Assembly: GCA_002269645.1 (NCBI GenBank)
Contig: NIVC01001746.1
Span: 124,001 to 188,000 of the forward strand
DNA: 64,000 nucleotides
Direction of reading: 5' to 3'
From: Macrostomum lignano
Taxonomy: Eukaryota
The first letter of the stretch is position 1. Each line of letters starts with the position of its first letter. The translations under genes were made by a program, and so were the position numbers. Under the pieces are notes generated by a model that searched no databases, was not told the DNA's origin, and worked only from the letters and a program-made list of their open reading frames with translations. Below, one piece after another: positions 49,701 through 60,723 of this stretch.

Positions 49701-51942
49701 GTTCAAAGAGCTCCATGATGCTCCCTTGAGTGGAAACCTTGGCGAAACTAAGACCTATCTTCGGGTTAGACAAAGGTTTTGGAGGCCGTCTTTGAGCAAA
49801 GCGGTTAAGGCCTACGTGGCCCGATGTCGAGTTTGCCTGGAGAGCAAGACTCGCCGTCGCGAAGCCGTGACTGTGCAGAGCTTCCCAGTCTGTGAAGTGA
49901 TGGGGCGGCTACACTGCGACGTTTTCGGCCCAATCTCGCAGCCTTCGCGAGCTGGCCACCGCTATATTCTGACGCTATGCGATGCTACTTCAAAATACCC
50001 TTTTGCGTTCCCTATGCGGAACCAGAAGACCAAGACCGTAGTCAAGATTCTTCAGGAAAGATTGTTTCCGGAGTACGGTGTACCGGCGTGGCTGCACACC
50101 GACCAAGGATCGAATTTCACTGGAAAGGACTTTAAGAAGTTTTGTGAGCTGTACGGCATTAGGCACACGACTACAACGCCGTATAATCCTAGTTCGAATG
50201 GTCAGGTGGAAAATCTCAACAAGACAATCAAGAGTGTACTCACGTGCTTGCTGGAGAAGAATCACCAGGATTGGGACACCTTCCTCCCAGCATGCATGAT
50301 CGCTCTGCGATCTAGCGTTCACCCGGTTACAGGGTTTACGCCCTACTTCTTGGTCTTTGGAAGAGAATACCGGATGCCCATTGATAATGAGCTTCGGGTC
50401 CCACCTGAGTATCCGGACTTGCCAACGTACGTCCAAGACTTCCAGAAGAGACTAGAGGAAGCTAATAAGTTAGCCCAGGACCGTGTGAAGCTGCATCAAG
50501 AACTTCGCGATGAACATTATGAGAATCGCCCGAAGGCCAAGCAGCTCTCACCGGGTGACCTAGTCTTCTTGAACAATCCAGTCTTAGATCAGTCTTGGGA
50601 AGCGCAGAAATTTCACAGACCGCGCAAGGCTGTGTATGAAGTAGTAGAGCGCAAAGGAGAAGTTGTCTACAAGATCAGACCTCGCCTCCGGAATCCTAGG
50701 GCTCGTCGAGAGGAGTTGGTGGTGCACCGTCGCAATATGCTACCGGTTCCGCAAGCTGACTATCCAGAGCTAGCTGGCCGGGCAGCTGAGCACCGTGCTG
50801 GGCCGCCGCGTAAGTGCCGCGTTGCCGTAGAAACCACTGCCTCTCAGAATACCGGCGAAGCCGCCGATGACGTTGACGAGCTCGATGACGATGATGACGA
50901 CTGGGCTCCGCGCTACTTTCTGCGTCCGACCGCAGCACTAGCAGCGATCCCAGAAGTCGCCGAACCTGAAATGAATAAAAATGGGGTAGCTGTTCATGAG
51001 CAACCTGAAACACCTAGGGACATAGAACAGCCCGAAGCGGTGCCCCCGGACCCTCAGCCTGTTGCTGAGCGCCCGCGGAGAGACCGCCGAGCCCCAGATA
51101 GACTAATAATGAATCCTAGAGCTAAATCTTATGTTGCTAGGATCAGGGATGCGCTCGCCTCTTCAATAAGGCGCTTCTTTCCGCATTCCAGCACCATCAT
51201 GAGCGAGGACGAGATGCCTCTAGAGCAGCAGCTCTCTCTGTCAGCTTCGAACGACTCTTTCGAGCCGATCGAGTCATCATCACCGCGTCCCGATGAAGGG
51301 CGGGTGAAGACCCAGCCAACGCCAATACCGTCTGGCCCGCCGGTTACAGCGCCCATCGGCATTACCCGCCGTACATTATTACGAGTCGACACGAACGTCC
51401 AGGCGGTGGCCGGGCCTCAAACAGAGCCAACCCCTAGGAAGACGGCGCTGTTGGAGAAGCCCCCGGCCAGAGGCCGGGCAGCGGCAGGACCATCGAGGAG
51501 TCGCTCCCGGCAGCGCGCGGCCAACTGGCAGCCCGCTGGACGGCCGACGGCCTTGGAAAGGCTGGGAGGGCGAAGCCGCTCCCCTCCTAGCAAGGTGGCA
51601 CCGGCCAGCAGTGGCGGGACGGCCTGTAGCAGCCAGTCGCAGCCGGCCAGGGAGCCCATCAAGCAGATGATCGCGGCCATTCTGCTGAAAGCCGCGTATA
51701 CCGGAGAAATAACGGCCTGGCACACACCGCAAACCATTGCACTAAAGGCTATGGCTGAGGATGAGCGGCGCGCCCTCATCAACGAAGCCTTCACGAGAAC
51801 GCGCTCTTTGCTCATGCCATATCGGCATTACGCCGTGGCGTTGGAGGCCGCAGTACGCAGAGCAGCTCAAGATCTCGGCCGCATGCCGGCCCTATCAGCC
51901 GAGGCCCTCGCTCTGCTGAATACGGCGAGGCCAGCCCATTAA
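46741..51942 (+). CDS. pol: Gypsy Pol (protease, RT, RNase H, integrase) with long C-terminal extension
   Basis: LLDSGS, YMDD, DCDAS/TDHRAL, integrase D-D-E (HCDV, HTDQGSNF, QVENL). Frame open upstream to 46516, so probably translated by frameshift from gag. Confidence 0.95.
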   Translation: MLLDSGSRLNLMGLSTWRLLLRSTAHACVVTPTYSDRILTYDGSELQLTGKVMLDVVFGDFSAEAEFYIVSGDQENLLGIDFMRKHCRTLEFQTGMLTLTTGTCVPVRYTRREPTSCRVYVAGKHQIPARSSGLISVQLARGKESNYGVPAVVEPLRSGLRAGLSQVRASAALVTMHEGKGCMEVVNPNNFPVNIAKGALVGLATPLRTQDLEYYPELKATPVRKLHLDDNINSASDDWINEIEIGDSITEDQKSQVRELIRESRNAFSTHTLDHGLTHLVTHQIVMRDETPVRIPARRVPPHLQDQVNQLLDEMLEKGLIRPSYSSYSSPILVVPKKDKSVRIVHDYRELNERCEYRPYPLPSIQETFACLRGSQWFSSLDLAQGFYQIPLREEDRFRTAFSVINRGQFEFNVLPMGLRDSPGAFQRCINMLLDGITKFTLGYMDDIVIHSIAFEEHLEHLREMFRRLIEANLKLKPRKCHLFKTELHYLGHVVDRRGIRTNEDKVQQILDWPRPQTVKQLQSFLGLCNYYAKFVKNYAEIAAPLHQLTRKNLVGFKGLWTEQHSKAFDELKKKLCSTEVLAYPEYNTDPDTVFVLDCDASGFRIGACLGQRQSDGAERPVAYFSRKLREPETRYNNTKRELLAVVDSMRHFRYYLIGNRFEVRTDHRALLWLIRQTEAEGILGRWVERLSEFDFAVIHRKGSLHQNADSLSRKPDGPEFDDCRPGARTPNQTENEATVPSALGLVEDADQVTSSSSASQESRIAVAGSSCCPSVDRCPTPVIAAVSADSTCCSSVNRCSAGASEAVCQTDATCCPSVDRGSEWAAKVAGLAVDFAPVGRHTTAPTAIEAVRSPRVSGDLTAGIRTDDAARPLSASITESANRSVSEDVPPRCRVLLSDFLSEPLKRDQLLLEQQKDPDIEFVRNLLATSSPKPSFDARLRLSRDTRNLLGYFEMLRLVDNLLVYDEDIADRPPRIVLPKSLDDQVFKELHDAPLSGNLGETKTYLRVRQRFWRPSLSKAVKAYVARCRVCLESKTRRREAVTVQSFPVCEVMGRLHCDVFGPISQPSRAGHRYILTLCDATSKYPFAFPMRNQKTKTVVKILQERLFPEYGVPAWLHTDQGSNFTGKDFKKFCELYGIRHTTTTPYNPSSNGQVENLNKTIKSVLTCLLEKNHQDWDTFLPACMIALRSSVHPVTGFTPYFLVFGREYRMPIDNELRVPPEYPDLPTYVQDFQKRLEEANKLAQDRVKLHQELRDEHYENRPKAKQLSPGDLVFLNNPVLDQSWEAQKFHRPRKAVYEVVERKGEVVYKIRPRLRNPRARREELVVHRRNMLPVPQADYPELAGRAAEHRAGPPRKCRVAVETTASQNTGEAADDVDELDDDDDDWAPRYFLRPTAALAAIPEVAEPEMNKNGVAVHEQPETPRDIEQPEAVPPDPQPVAERPRRDRRAPDRLIMNPRAKSYVARIRDALASSIRRFFPHSSTIMSEDEMPLEQQLSLSASNDSFEPIESSSPRPDEGRVKTQPTPIPSGPPVTAPIGITRRTLLRVDTNVQAVAGPQTEPTPRKTALLEKPPARGRAAAGPSRSRSRQRAANWQPAGRPTALERLGGRSRSPPSKVAPASSGGTACSSQSQPAREPIKQMIAAILLKAAYTGEITAWHTPQTIALKAMAEDERRALINEAFTRTRSLLMPYRHYAVALEAAVRRAAQDLGRMPALSAEALALLNTARPAH

Positions 51943-52149
51943 CGGAGACGCTCGTCTACAGTAGCTCATCGTGGGGCATATGGCCTCACAGGCGTATTGG
52001 CTCAGGCCTTTCAGTATAACTATCAGCTTCTGTGTATTGGCCTATGGCCTTTCTCTAATTGATACCTACATGACTTATTAAATACATTGACTTACCTTAC
52101 TTGATGAAGAACCTCCTGGTGTCGCTTCTTCTTTTTCAGGTGGGGTGGG

Positions 52150-53394
52150 TGTGGTGATCCAGCGTAGCTAGCATAGGCTGCTCCTGGGATCCCCTCTTAG
52201 TCAGTTAGTGCTTGGGCTGCAGCAGTGGGAGCTGGGCATAGGGCTGTCCCTTCCTCCTCTTCCCTTGTGCAGGCTCAGGTGTGCAGCTGTCGCGGGACAG
52301 GGAGAGAAACTCTCTCCCCCTCTCCCCCTGGCGCAGTCTGCAATGGGCTAAAAATAGAAACATTAGTCAGTGGGATATTTCTCCTTTAGTACAGGCTTAT
52401 TTAGTCAGCGGGAGTGAGAGCATAGCTCTCCGCCCGGGGTAGGATTTCGTGGGGTCTTGGTTGCACTCCTTGCATGCGGCAACATGCAAGCAGTGTACCA
52501 GCAGGCCATGCGGAGGCTGCATGATGAGGCAGATGTCTTATGGACATCTCCAAGATCGCTCCTGGCTCCGGGTAGTCCACGGAACTGCCATGGGATCTGC
52601 CACGGAACTGCCTCTGAGCTTCCTATTGGCCCTGAGACCCCCGAATTTTAGTATAAATACAGAGTAGGTGAAGGCCCAAAGAGACCATCTTTTCGGAGAC
52701 CGCCTGCTTGGCTTCGAGCAAAGGCTAGTATTCCTAGATGCTTTTCCTAGACGAACTAGCTTAGGCAGATCGCTAGACGCTTTTCCTAGGGATAACCTGC
52801 TAACAAATCTTTGTTGCAGCTGCCATTTGCTCATTAAGATTGCCGCAGGTCTTTGTGTCAGCAGCTCGCCAGACCTTCAACACCGTCTGGACCTGGTCTC
52901 GTGGCCTACAACCTACACTGTTGGGCAACATCAACTGACGCACAGTACAGCTTAGGGCGTTTACTGCGACACCAGTTGAGCTACTAAACGATATTTTAGG
53001 ATCGGCCTGTGACCGTTACTCACATTAATAAACGTTTAACTGACTTGTTTGTCTTATTTATTTTCTACTTATCAGTAGGCCTACCTAGGGGTAACCTGTC
53101 GAGGATATCACCTGTAGACCTACAAGGTGGCAGCAACCCAACTACCAATACTCGGTTATTATCTAACTGTACTCAGTGGAGACTAAGAGGGGTTAATTCG
53201 GACCATAGTGCTAGACCACTCAGGCCAGCTACCGGCCGTGCTAGATAGCGAGGACAAACAGAGGAAGTAGTAGGCAACAGCAGTAATCACCAAAGAGACG
53301 GGGATCCACAAGGCCATTACATTGGTTACATTGGTGGGATTCGGCACCAGCATTACATTGGTGGCAGCGGAGAGCAGTAGGCACAGCCATTACA
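52150..53394 (+). repeat. Gypsy 3' LTR (1245 bp)
   Basis: Repeat of 44336-45580; preceded by PPT AGGTGGGGTGGG (52138-52149). Confidence 0.97.
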
Positions 53395-53699
53395 CATATA
53401 TATATATATTATATTATATTACCCAAACCAGTGACCAGTCAACATTAAAAAATAACCTACTCCATTTTTCTAACAAACCCATTTTAGAGAAGCTTTAAAA
53501 AACAAGCCAACCCTGCCCTGCCACTTAGAGCCAACCCTTCCCTCTACACCACCCAGGAAAGGGCAAAAACGCTTTCATTTATGTGAATGATACAATATTA
53601 AAAACAGGGGTGGGGGGCAAAAACACTAGCAAACTTCTTCTTTTTCTTCTTCTTATAACTAAACTCTTCAAATAGAGAGTTTATTGTTGAACTTTTTAC

Positions 53700-54012
53700 A
53701 CTGAGTGGGTGAGTGCTGACAGTGTCACACTGAGTGAGTGCTGACAGTGTCACACTGAGTGAGTGCTGACAGTGCCACACTGAGTGAGTGAGTGCTGACA
53801 GTGTCACACTGAGTGAGTGAGAGTGCTGACAGTGCCACACTGAGTGAGTGAGTGCTGACAGTGTCACACTGAGTGAGTGAGTGAGTGCTGACAGTGCCAC
53901 ACTGAGTGAGTGAGTGCTGACAGTGCCACACTGAGTGAGTGAGTGCTGACAGTGTCACACTGAGTGAGTGCTGACAGTGTCACACTGAGTGAGTGCTGAC
54001 AGTGCCACACTG
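53700..54012. repeat. 25-33-bp minisatellite GAGTGCTGACAGTGTCACACTGAGT(GAGT)n
   Basis: Tandem array with a variable GAGT tail. Confidence 0.93.
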
Positions 54013-55501
54013 AAGTAACCATCAAAGTGACAATAAGTGATACTATCAAATTTGACTAATTGACTTACCAAATAGCCTGCTTGTTATCCATTTTACCAGT
54101 CAAAACGAATCGCATATTAGGAAATAGTAGACTGAAAGACAAGGATTTAAATTTAGCCAGTTAAGTACATGTACATTGTCCAGCTATAACATAGGGCCAC
54201 CCTATACAATAAGCAATATCTCAGGCCGACTTTATCTTTCGATATATTATTGATAAACTATAATATTTTTATAATTGCAGTAGCATACAGTAACTTGCTA
54301 CTATCAAGTAGTGCAACTAGATTAGTGTAAAAACTATAAATCAACAAAAAATCATAAACAGTAGAAAGTGCTATTCATACATTAATTAAGATGACAAAGT
54401 GACACGAATCAAGATGGGATGATTGATCATTTCATTTCCCTTAGATAATGAAACAGCAAATGACAAAATGAGTAGAAATAATATGTGACAAGAGATCACA
54501 CTTTAAGATATAAGGTCAGGTCCATATCAAAGAATCATAGATAGATTAAGGAATGTCTAATGGATAGAATTATTTTGCATTGCTAGATAGCATACATCAC
54601 AAGGCACCAGATCTATAATTAAGGACTTCAGTGAGGGTCCAATGACTTGCCAAATGCTTGAAAAAACAATGAACTGGGTGGAAGCTTCAATATCTCCTAT
54701 CTTTGTCCTAGATGGGAGATATTGAAAAGCTACTCTTTGCAATCCCTTCTCACTTAGCCCAACTCTATGTTCTATGACATAAGTTGCCCAACACAAAAGT
54801 GGCAACTTTTTAATGTGGTTGAGTATATATTATTACAAAGGAAAAAGGTAAAACTCTGTATATGGCAAAAACCTTATGTATTTTGTGCCTAAAGGCTGAT
54901 TATGATTTTTGCAGGTATTGCTGCTGAGGTTTTGGCAATTCTGTTTTGGTTATATTAGATTTACTCCTATTGATACATCTAAGAATAATCTAAGAACAAA
55001 GAAATTTTTTTTTATTTTAGACTATCATTGACATTTTAGCCAAAAATTAGACCCCTATTATATTGCCTAATAGGCTAATTATATTGCCTAATAGGCTAAA
55101 TGTATTATTAATATCTTAATAACTTTATAATGCAATTATGTAAAAAATGCAAGTATAAACTAAAAAGAACATAATGATGTGGGGATTATATAAATAATCT
55201 ATTTATGTTACTAGTAGCAGTTAACCATGCATATTTTATCTCAACTAATCAGAAATTTTTCTCTTATTTGTTTTAATCTTGTGACAATTTGTTTAATCCT
55301 ACTTTGTTATAAATTTTGTTGTTATTTTGTTTAAATATGTAGTGCTCACCCCCTCCCCTTTGTAATTCACTATAAAAAGGAGCAGCCTGGACTGAAAAAA
55401 AAATAACTTGTATTTTTCTCTGACTTTTGCAAGCAACTCTTAGTAAAATTGAAGTTCAACTATAAAACTTCCACTGAGACTTGTCTTGCTAATTCTTTAT
55501 T

Positions 55502-55660
55502 GGGAATAGGGAAACATGAGGTTGTGGAGACCCAGAATGGGAGTCTAGAATAGGGAAACTTGAGGTCATGGAGACCCAGAATAGGAGTCTGGAATAGGGA
55601 AACTTGAGGTCATGGAGACCCAAAATAAGGGATCAGACTGACTTGAGGTCGTGGAGACTA
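55502..55660. repeat. 44-bp decayed minisatellite AATAGGGAAACTTGAGGTCATGGAGACCCAGAATAGGAGTCTGG
   Basis: Three full copies at 55505, 55549 and 55593 plus a partial copy. Confidence 0.85.
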
Positions 55661-56169
55661 TAAGAAAGCTATGCAGGCTAATAATAGACATTAGGTGCTA
55701 AGGAATTAGGCATTAGGGAGCTAGATAACTACTGCTAGACACCCTTGATCCTTGAAGAACTTTTGGACTTAGTTAGAGAATTAGATAGTGTCTTACCACT
55801 TGGGCACTAAAATGCCATCATAAGATTTCTAAGAAATTGTGTGAATCAAAAATTTCTAGGAAAGAATCATAGCATAAGGGCAAACAACACTATTTAAAGT
55901 AGACAATTCAATGGCAACTTGATTAGGAACAATTAGGTCCATCATTTAATTTAGTGACAGAATACAGGAGCAAAGGTTAGTCCTAGAACATAAAAATACT
56001 GGCGTATGACTAAGACTGCTACAGCTATTATTGGCTACTGGTATTGAAGGGGAGCTACCAATCTTCTAGCATTGCTATTCCTCTCATAGGTTCCTTTCTT
56101 GCAGGCTTATATTGCTAGCTTTCTTACATATTCATCTCCTCTCTAGCATTATCCAATAACACATTAAGC

Positions 56170-56653
56170 CCATAGTGTAGATCATGTAGTGCACGCGAGA
56201 ATTTTCCCGCATGCATTTTCAAAAGTGGCGTGCACTGGCGTGCAATTAGGTAAGTGGTGTGCATTTGGCGTGCATAATGCACGTTACATAAATACACTGG
56301 CGTGCCGCATGCCTGGCACCTGATGTGGCAAAGCTGCCAATGCAATGGTAAGCAGACATAAAATATGTATTATTGTATTTAACTTTTGAAAAAAACTATT
56401 GTAAATAAACAGTGTATAGGACTGTTAAATAAATTAATGTATGAGAAATACACGTTTTAAAAGATATATCATTTCTTTTGTACATCATTTGTTGCTTTGT
56501 TTTACACAATGCAATTTAAAATACGTTTTTTGTCTTCAATTTGAATTTTAATTTATCGGCATGCATCGGCGTGCATTTGCTTGTCGTTGGCGTGCTTTTG
56601 GGAATTAGCTTTGGGTCATTTCTCGCGTGCACTTAGCATGATCCACACTATGG
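56170..56653. mobile_element. Non-autonomous DNA transposon (MITE), 484 bp
   Basis: Imperfect ~35-bp TIRs (CCATAGTGTAGATCATG-TAGTGCACGCGAGAA against its inverse at the right end); 8-bp TSD CATTAAGC (56162-56169, 56654-56661); repeated subterminal GGCGTGCA. Confidence 0.88.
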
Positions 56654-58859
56654 CATTAAGCCAAATTCCACCTCTAGCTCCTCAAGTGTGGCAGTCTTAG
56701 TGTGTGAATGTCTTAGTCCTACACCTAAAAAAATGGTAGGCCTAAGCCTAGGCCTAAGTTCTTATATAAAAAGTAATTATAAAATACAAAGCCAGTAATA
56801 ATAATTGTACTTTTTGCGCAAAAAAGGTCATAGGCCGTAATGCAAAAATGCCATAAGGAATTACAAAATTTTCTACAACTAAAAATGCTATAACTTTTTT
56901 TATTCCTTGACAGAAATTAACAAGAGAGGCCATTTTGGATTTTGGTTGCAGAGATCTACTTAGCTGCCCAAAAATATCCAAGAATAAAAAATGTTTCAAA
57001 ACCTCACTGGAACCCCTACCAGTATAGTATAATAAAACTATTTTTTGAAAGTTTAACCAATCTTTTATTTTAGATATGGGCCAATTTATTTGCTTTAAAT
57101 TTTGAAAAAAAACAACAAAAATATTTTTGTTTTTATTTATTTAACAAGTTAGCTTTATTGCCCACTAGTTGGAAAACAACTTCCAATATAGTAAATTATA
57201 TCTACTTCTATTACAAGAAAAAAGAATTATAAAGGCATAAGTTATAGCAAAAATGACATTTAAATATTATCCTCATTCATTTTTTAGACCTAAGACTTTG
57301 CAACAAAGGCTTTGGCCATTTTAGCTAGGGGCTTATTCTAGATCTATTTTTATCAATAGATGGGGGCCTAAGGGATAAAAAAAGCCAGAAAGTTGATCAT
57401 AGATCATGATGATATTGATCATAGAAATTAGTTAAGCAAAAAATCTATACAAAAAATAATAGTAAAACCAGCAGCTTTTGTGGCATTCGTCTTTTGTAAA
57501 AAGTTTTTGGGCAAAAATGATTACAGTGGCTAATAGGCCCTAGGGACTAGGCATCATCAAAATGTTGGAAATTTCAGATACAAAAAGTTTTGTAGCTTTT
57601 TTATTACTTGATCAATTTTCAAAAGTAAGCTGTAGGCCTATTTTTACTTAGGCCTAGTCATTACTAAATACTAAATTTGAGTAAATAGTAATGTAAATGA
57701 GATTTACTGAATGGAATAGAAAAAATTAAAAAATAAACTTTGAATTCTCATTGGAGTCTCTAGACTCTAGTCCTTAATTCATATATACTTTATAACCATA
57801 AACTACATAAACGAAACTGAAAGGAAAAAAAGATTAGCTGATCGATATCATTGCATTCTTTACACTCATATATATATATATACGCACGTAACGGCACGTG
57901 TGTGTCGGTTTGGATGAGCAGTTTCTAAGAAAATATAATCGTACTCAACCAATTTACGAGTACTATACTATACAAAACGTTTCTTCATATACACTATACA
58001 GTGTATAGTGGCTGTTCGTATGGTTTCTGGTCAGATCGTCATATTCAATTTTGTCATAAAGTATTACAAAGTGACTAGAAGCAAAGTAACTTTGTAAAAT
58101 AATATGAAAGTGGCTAAAATATTTTACTAAATAGGTTGTCCGTTGATGATGTTCACTACTATAAGTAACATGGGATGTCGGTTAGCCGATTAGCCGGTTC
58201 CGGTCTAATAAGCTCGTCATTATTAAGCCGGACGCTAAATTGTTGCAGGTGGAGCGATGCGAACGCTCCATATGTCGCCTCCTCGGGCAATACATATAGT
58301 GTACTTCCTTTTGCGGGCTTAATTAGTTTAGGAAATTTTTGAATAGCTTGCCAGGAATTGGTTTTGTGGCGATGACAAAAAGAGCGTTAATCATGCACGG
58401 AGTTGATTTCTTGTTCACGAAAACATCAAAACTCTATCTTGGAATTTGGAATGCATTCAAGTAAATGGCAGAACATAATTGTAATAAGAGTTCCCGGAAC
58501 ACAATCCTAACATGCATACATATGTACATTATGACAGAGTTACCGGATACTTCTAGTGGTCCTTGGGTAACTGTATATGACAATACAATTAGTACATACG
58601 TACATGTATGGAGAGCTAGCTAATCATGTAAACTAAAGGCTCCAGAATGGAGACTGAAGCACAGGGTCCCTGCAGTTTCTCTACGCCAATGTGATTTGAA
58701 TCTCTCTTTAGTTGGAGCTTCAAATGCTTACATGGCGAGGGTGACCATATGATGACAAGATGTCCAGAGCGCTTAGCATGGTCATCACGCGATCAACGAC
58801 TGACCCACCTGGCGACCAGATACATCAGTTTCAGGACGACCACACCACAGCCTCTGCTG

Positions 58860-60020
58860 AATTAAGCGGCACCTGCCGCGGGGTATCCGCACGTCGAACC
58901 CAGCGGCCCGTCTTCGGCAACGTCAGCCACCCCGACTAAGAATCCTTCCATCTCATCCCCGATCACTGCCTCGTCACCTGCTGCACCTGTCATCGACTTC
59001 AACGCCCTCCTCACCTCATGACTGCGATGATGCAGCATAACCATGCTGCTCATACACCAGCTCACCGCTAATATCCATCATGCCCCAACATTGGCCTAAA
59101 ATAGTTCGGAACAAGAACCTTTGCCACAAGTGCCTTCGCCGACACCACATCAGGGACTGCCTTGACCGTGCAATTCCCCACACCAGCTTGCCCAAGACAG
59201 GCCAAAACGCCCACGTTAATTCAGGTGGTGACGCCGACTTCAAAGAGACAGCCAACTCCCAAGTCTCTGCCGCAGCCGACGTCGGAGGCCGATCGTGCCG
59301 ACCATCATGCATGGCTACCTTCCGGGCCGCTCGATCGACTGCACAATTCTTCTCGACTCAGGCTGCTCACACTCGCATCTCGACGGCACCGTTGCCCACA
59401 AGCTTGGTCTCAAAGCCGCCAAGACACTTATGATAGCCAACTCTGTACCTTCCACTCCCTGATGATGTCCTAACAGCAGCGTCTATAACCTTCCGCCTGA
59501 CCACAATCCACGATACAGACGGTACCCTCGACCTCATTCTCAGTGGCGACGTGAACCAGTTACTCACCAGCCCTGCCGTTCCTGCCCTCGCTCTTCAACC
59601 GACTCTGACGGCCTACCTGACGCCCTTCGAAGTCATCCTCAACGGTGCTATCAATGACACGGGTGCCCGCAGCATCAACAGCTTCCTCGGGTCCTCGCAG
59701 GCCTCTCAGGTCCTCGTCCTCAACAGTAACAACGATGACCTTCGCCTCGAGCGGCTTCTCGATCGCATGACTGACAGCTTAAGTTCTCGGCATAGCGAAG
59801 GACGCTGGAAAGCATGGCCCCAAAAGGCGACGAGCTGACTCAACGCCTTCTCGCGTCCATTACCCTTGACTTCGATGGCTGCATCTCCGTCGACCTGCCA
59901 TTCAAATACGGCGATGCACTTCTTCCATCAAACTTCGGGCAGGCCTTTTGGCCGTGCTCAGGCTACTCACCGACGCGTGAGCCTTCTCAAGCGCGACTAG
60001 AGAGTCCTGAAAAACACAAT
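58860..60020 (+). mobile_element. Decayed BEL/Pao gag-protease remnant
   Basis: Frameshifted fragments NLCHKCLRRHHIRDC (knuckle), TLDLILSGD and ISVDLPFK...LPSNFGQA parallel CFRCL..H, VDLLIGVD and YQVGIPWK...SNFEMA in the BEL at 37-39 kb. No LTRs seen. Confidence 0.65.
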
Positions 60021-60723
60021 TAAAGCATACCAAACTAAAAATAACACAGGAAGGTTTCCCATCCCATGAAATCCTCATCTATCAAATCACTTCCCATAGA
60101 GATCCCCAAATGCTAAAGTGGTTGTTTTTTCAGCACAACGGAGCCATTTTGCTCCAAATGAAGGGATTGTTAGTAGAGAAACCAGGACCCGATGCTTCAG
60201 GCACCATTTTGACTCTCAAATTCACATCCTCTTATTTTTAAAGAAGTTTAATTTGAAAGAAGACTTTGAAAGAAGCTTGCTCAATATGTACGTTTGTCGA
60301 TGAAACGTACATGTATTAAAGCTGTATTTAAAATGTTAAGAACTATCTTAACCTAAAACTCACAATAAATACGCTCCTATATTACTCGTGATAGATGCTT
60401 AGCAGCTAAGTTGCATCCTACAGTAAAACTAAGAAGAGTAAGCTATAAAATTGTATCTACACTACAGTACAGTACAACTTCGACACAAGTAAGATTCTAT
60501 AAAGGTAAGAAAATGTGTGGGGGCAGAAACAGAATGCGTTACAGCTTTTTCAGACAAAAATAACCTCGTCTTCTATCTGCAGTAGCAGTACATGTTAAAC
60601 GAAATTGTAAAACGGCAGTTTTGTTGGTCTATTGGATGAAGGAAGTTTGTCTTGCAGCTGGCTAAATTGAATTCATTGTTTTACTTTTTACTCTTTTTAC
60701 TGCTTTCTGTCTGACTATTCAAA

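Larger units (their letters stand above)
44336..53394 (+). mobile_element. Ty3/Gypsy LTR retrotransposon, full length, recent
   Basis: 1245-bp TG...CA LTRs (one substitution noticed); 4-bp TSD CATA (44332-44335, 53395-53398); PBS and PPT; gag plus PR-RT-RH-IN pol. Confidence 0.98.

Noticed and set aside
51199-51942. env gene in the Gypsy element
   Set aside because: No signal peptide, furin site or transmembrane anchor; kept as an unknown accessory ORF.
57992-58010. 9-bp inverted repeat CACTATACA-G-TGTATAGTG as a Helitron end
   Set aside because: No CTRR terminus at the expected distance and no TC 5' end identified; short AT-rich palindromes arise by chance.
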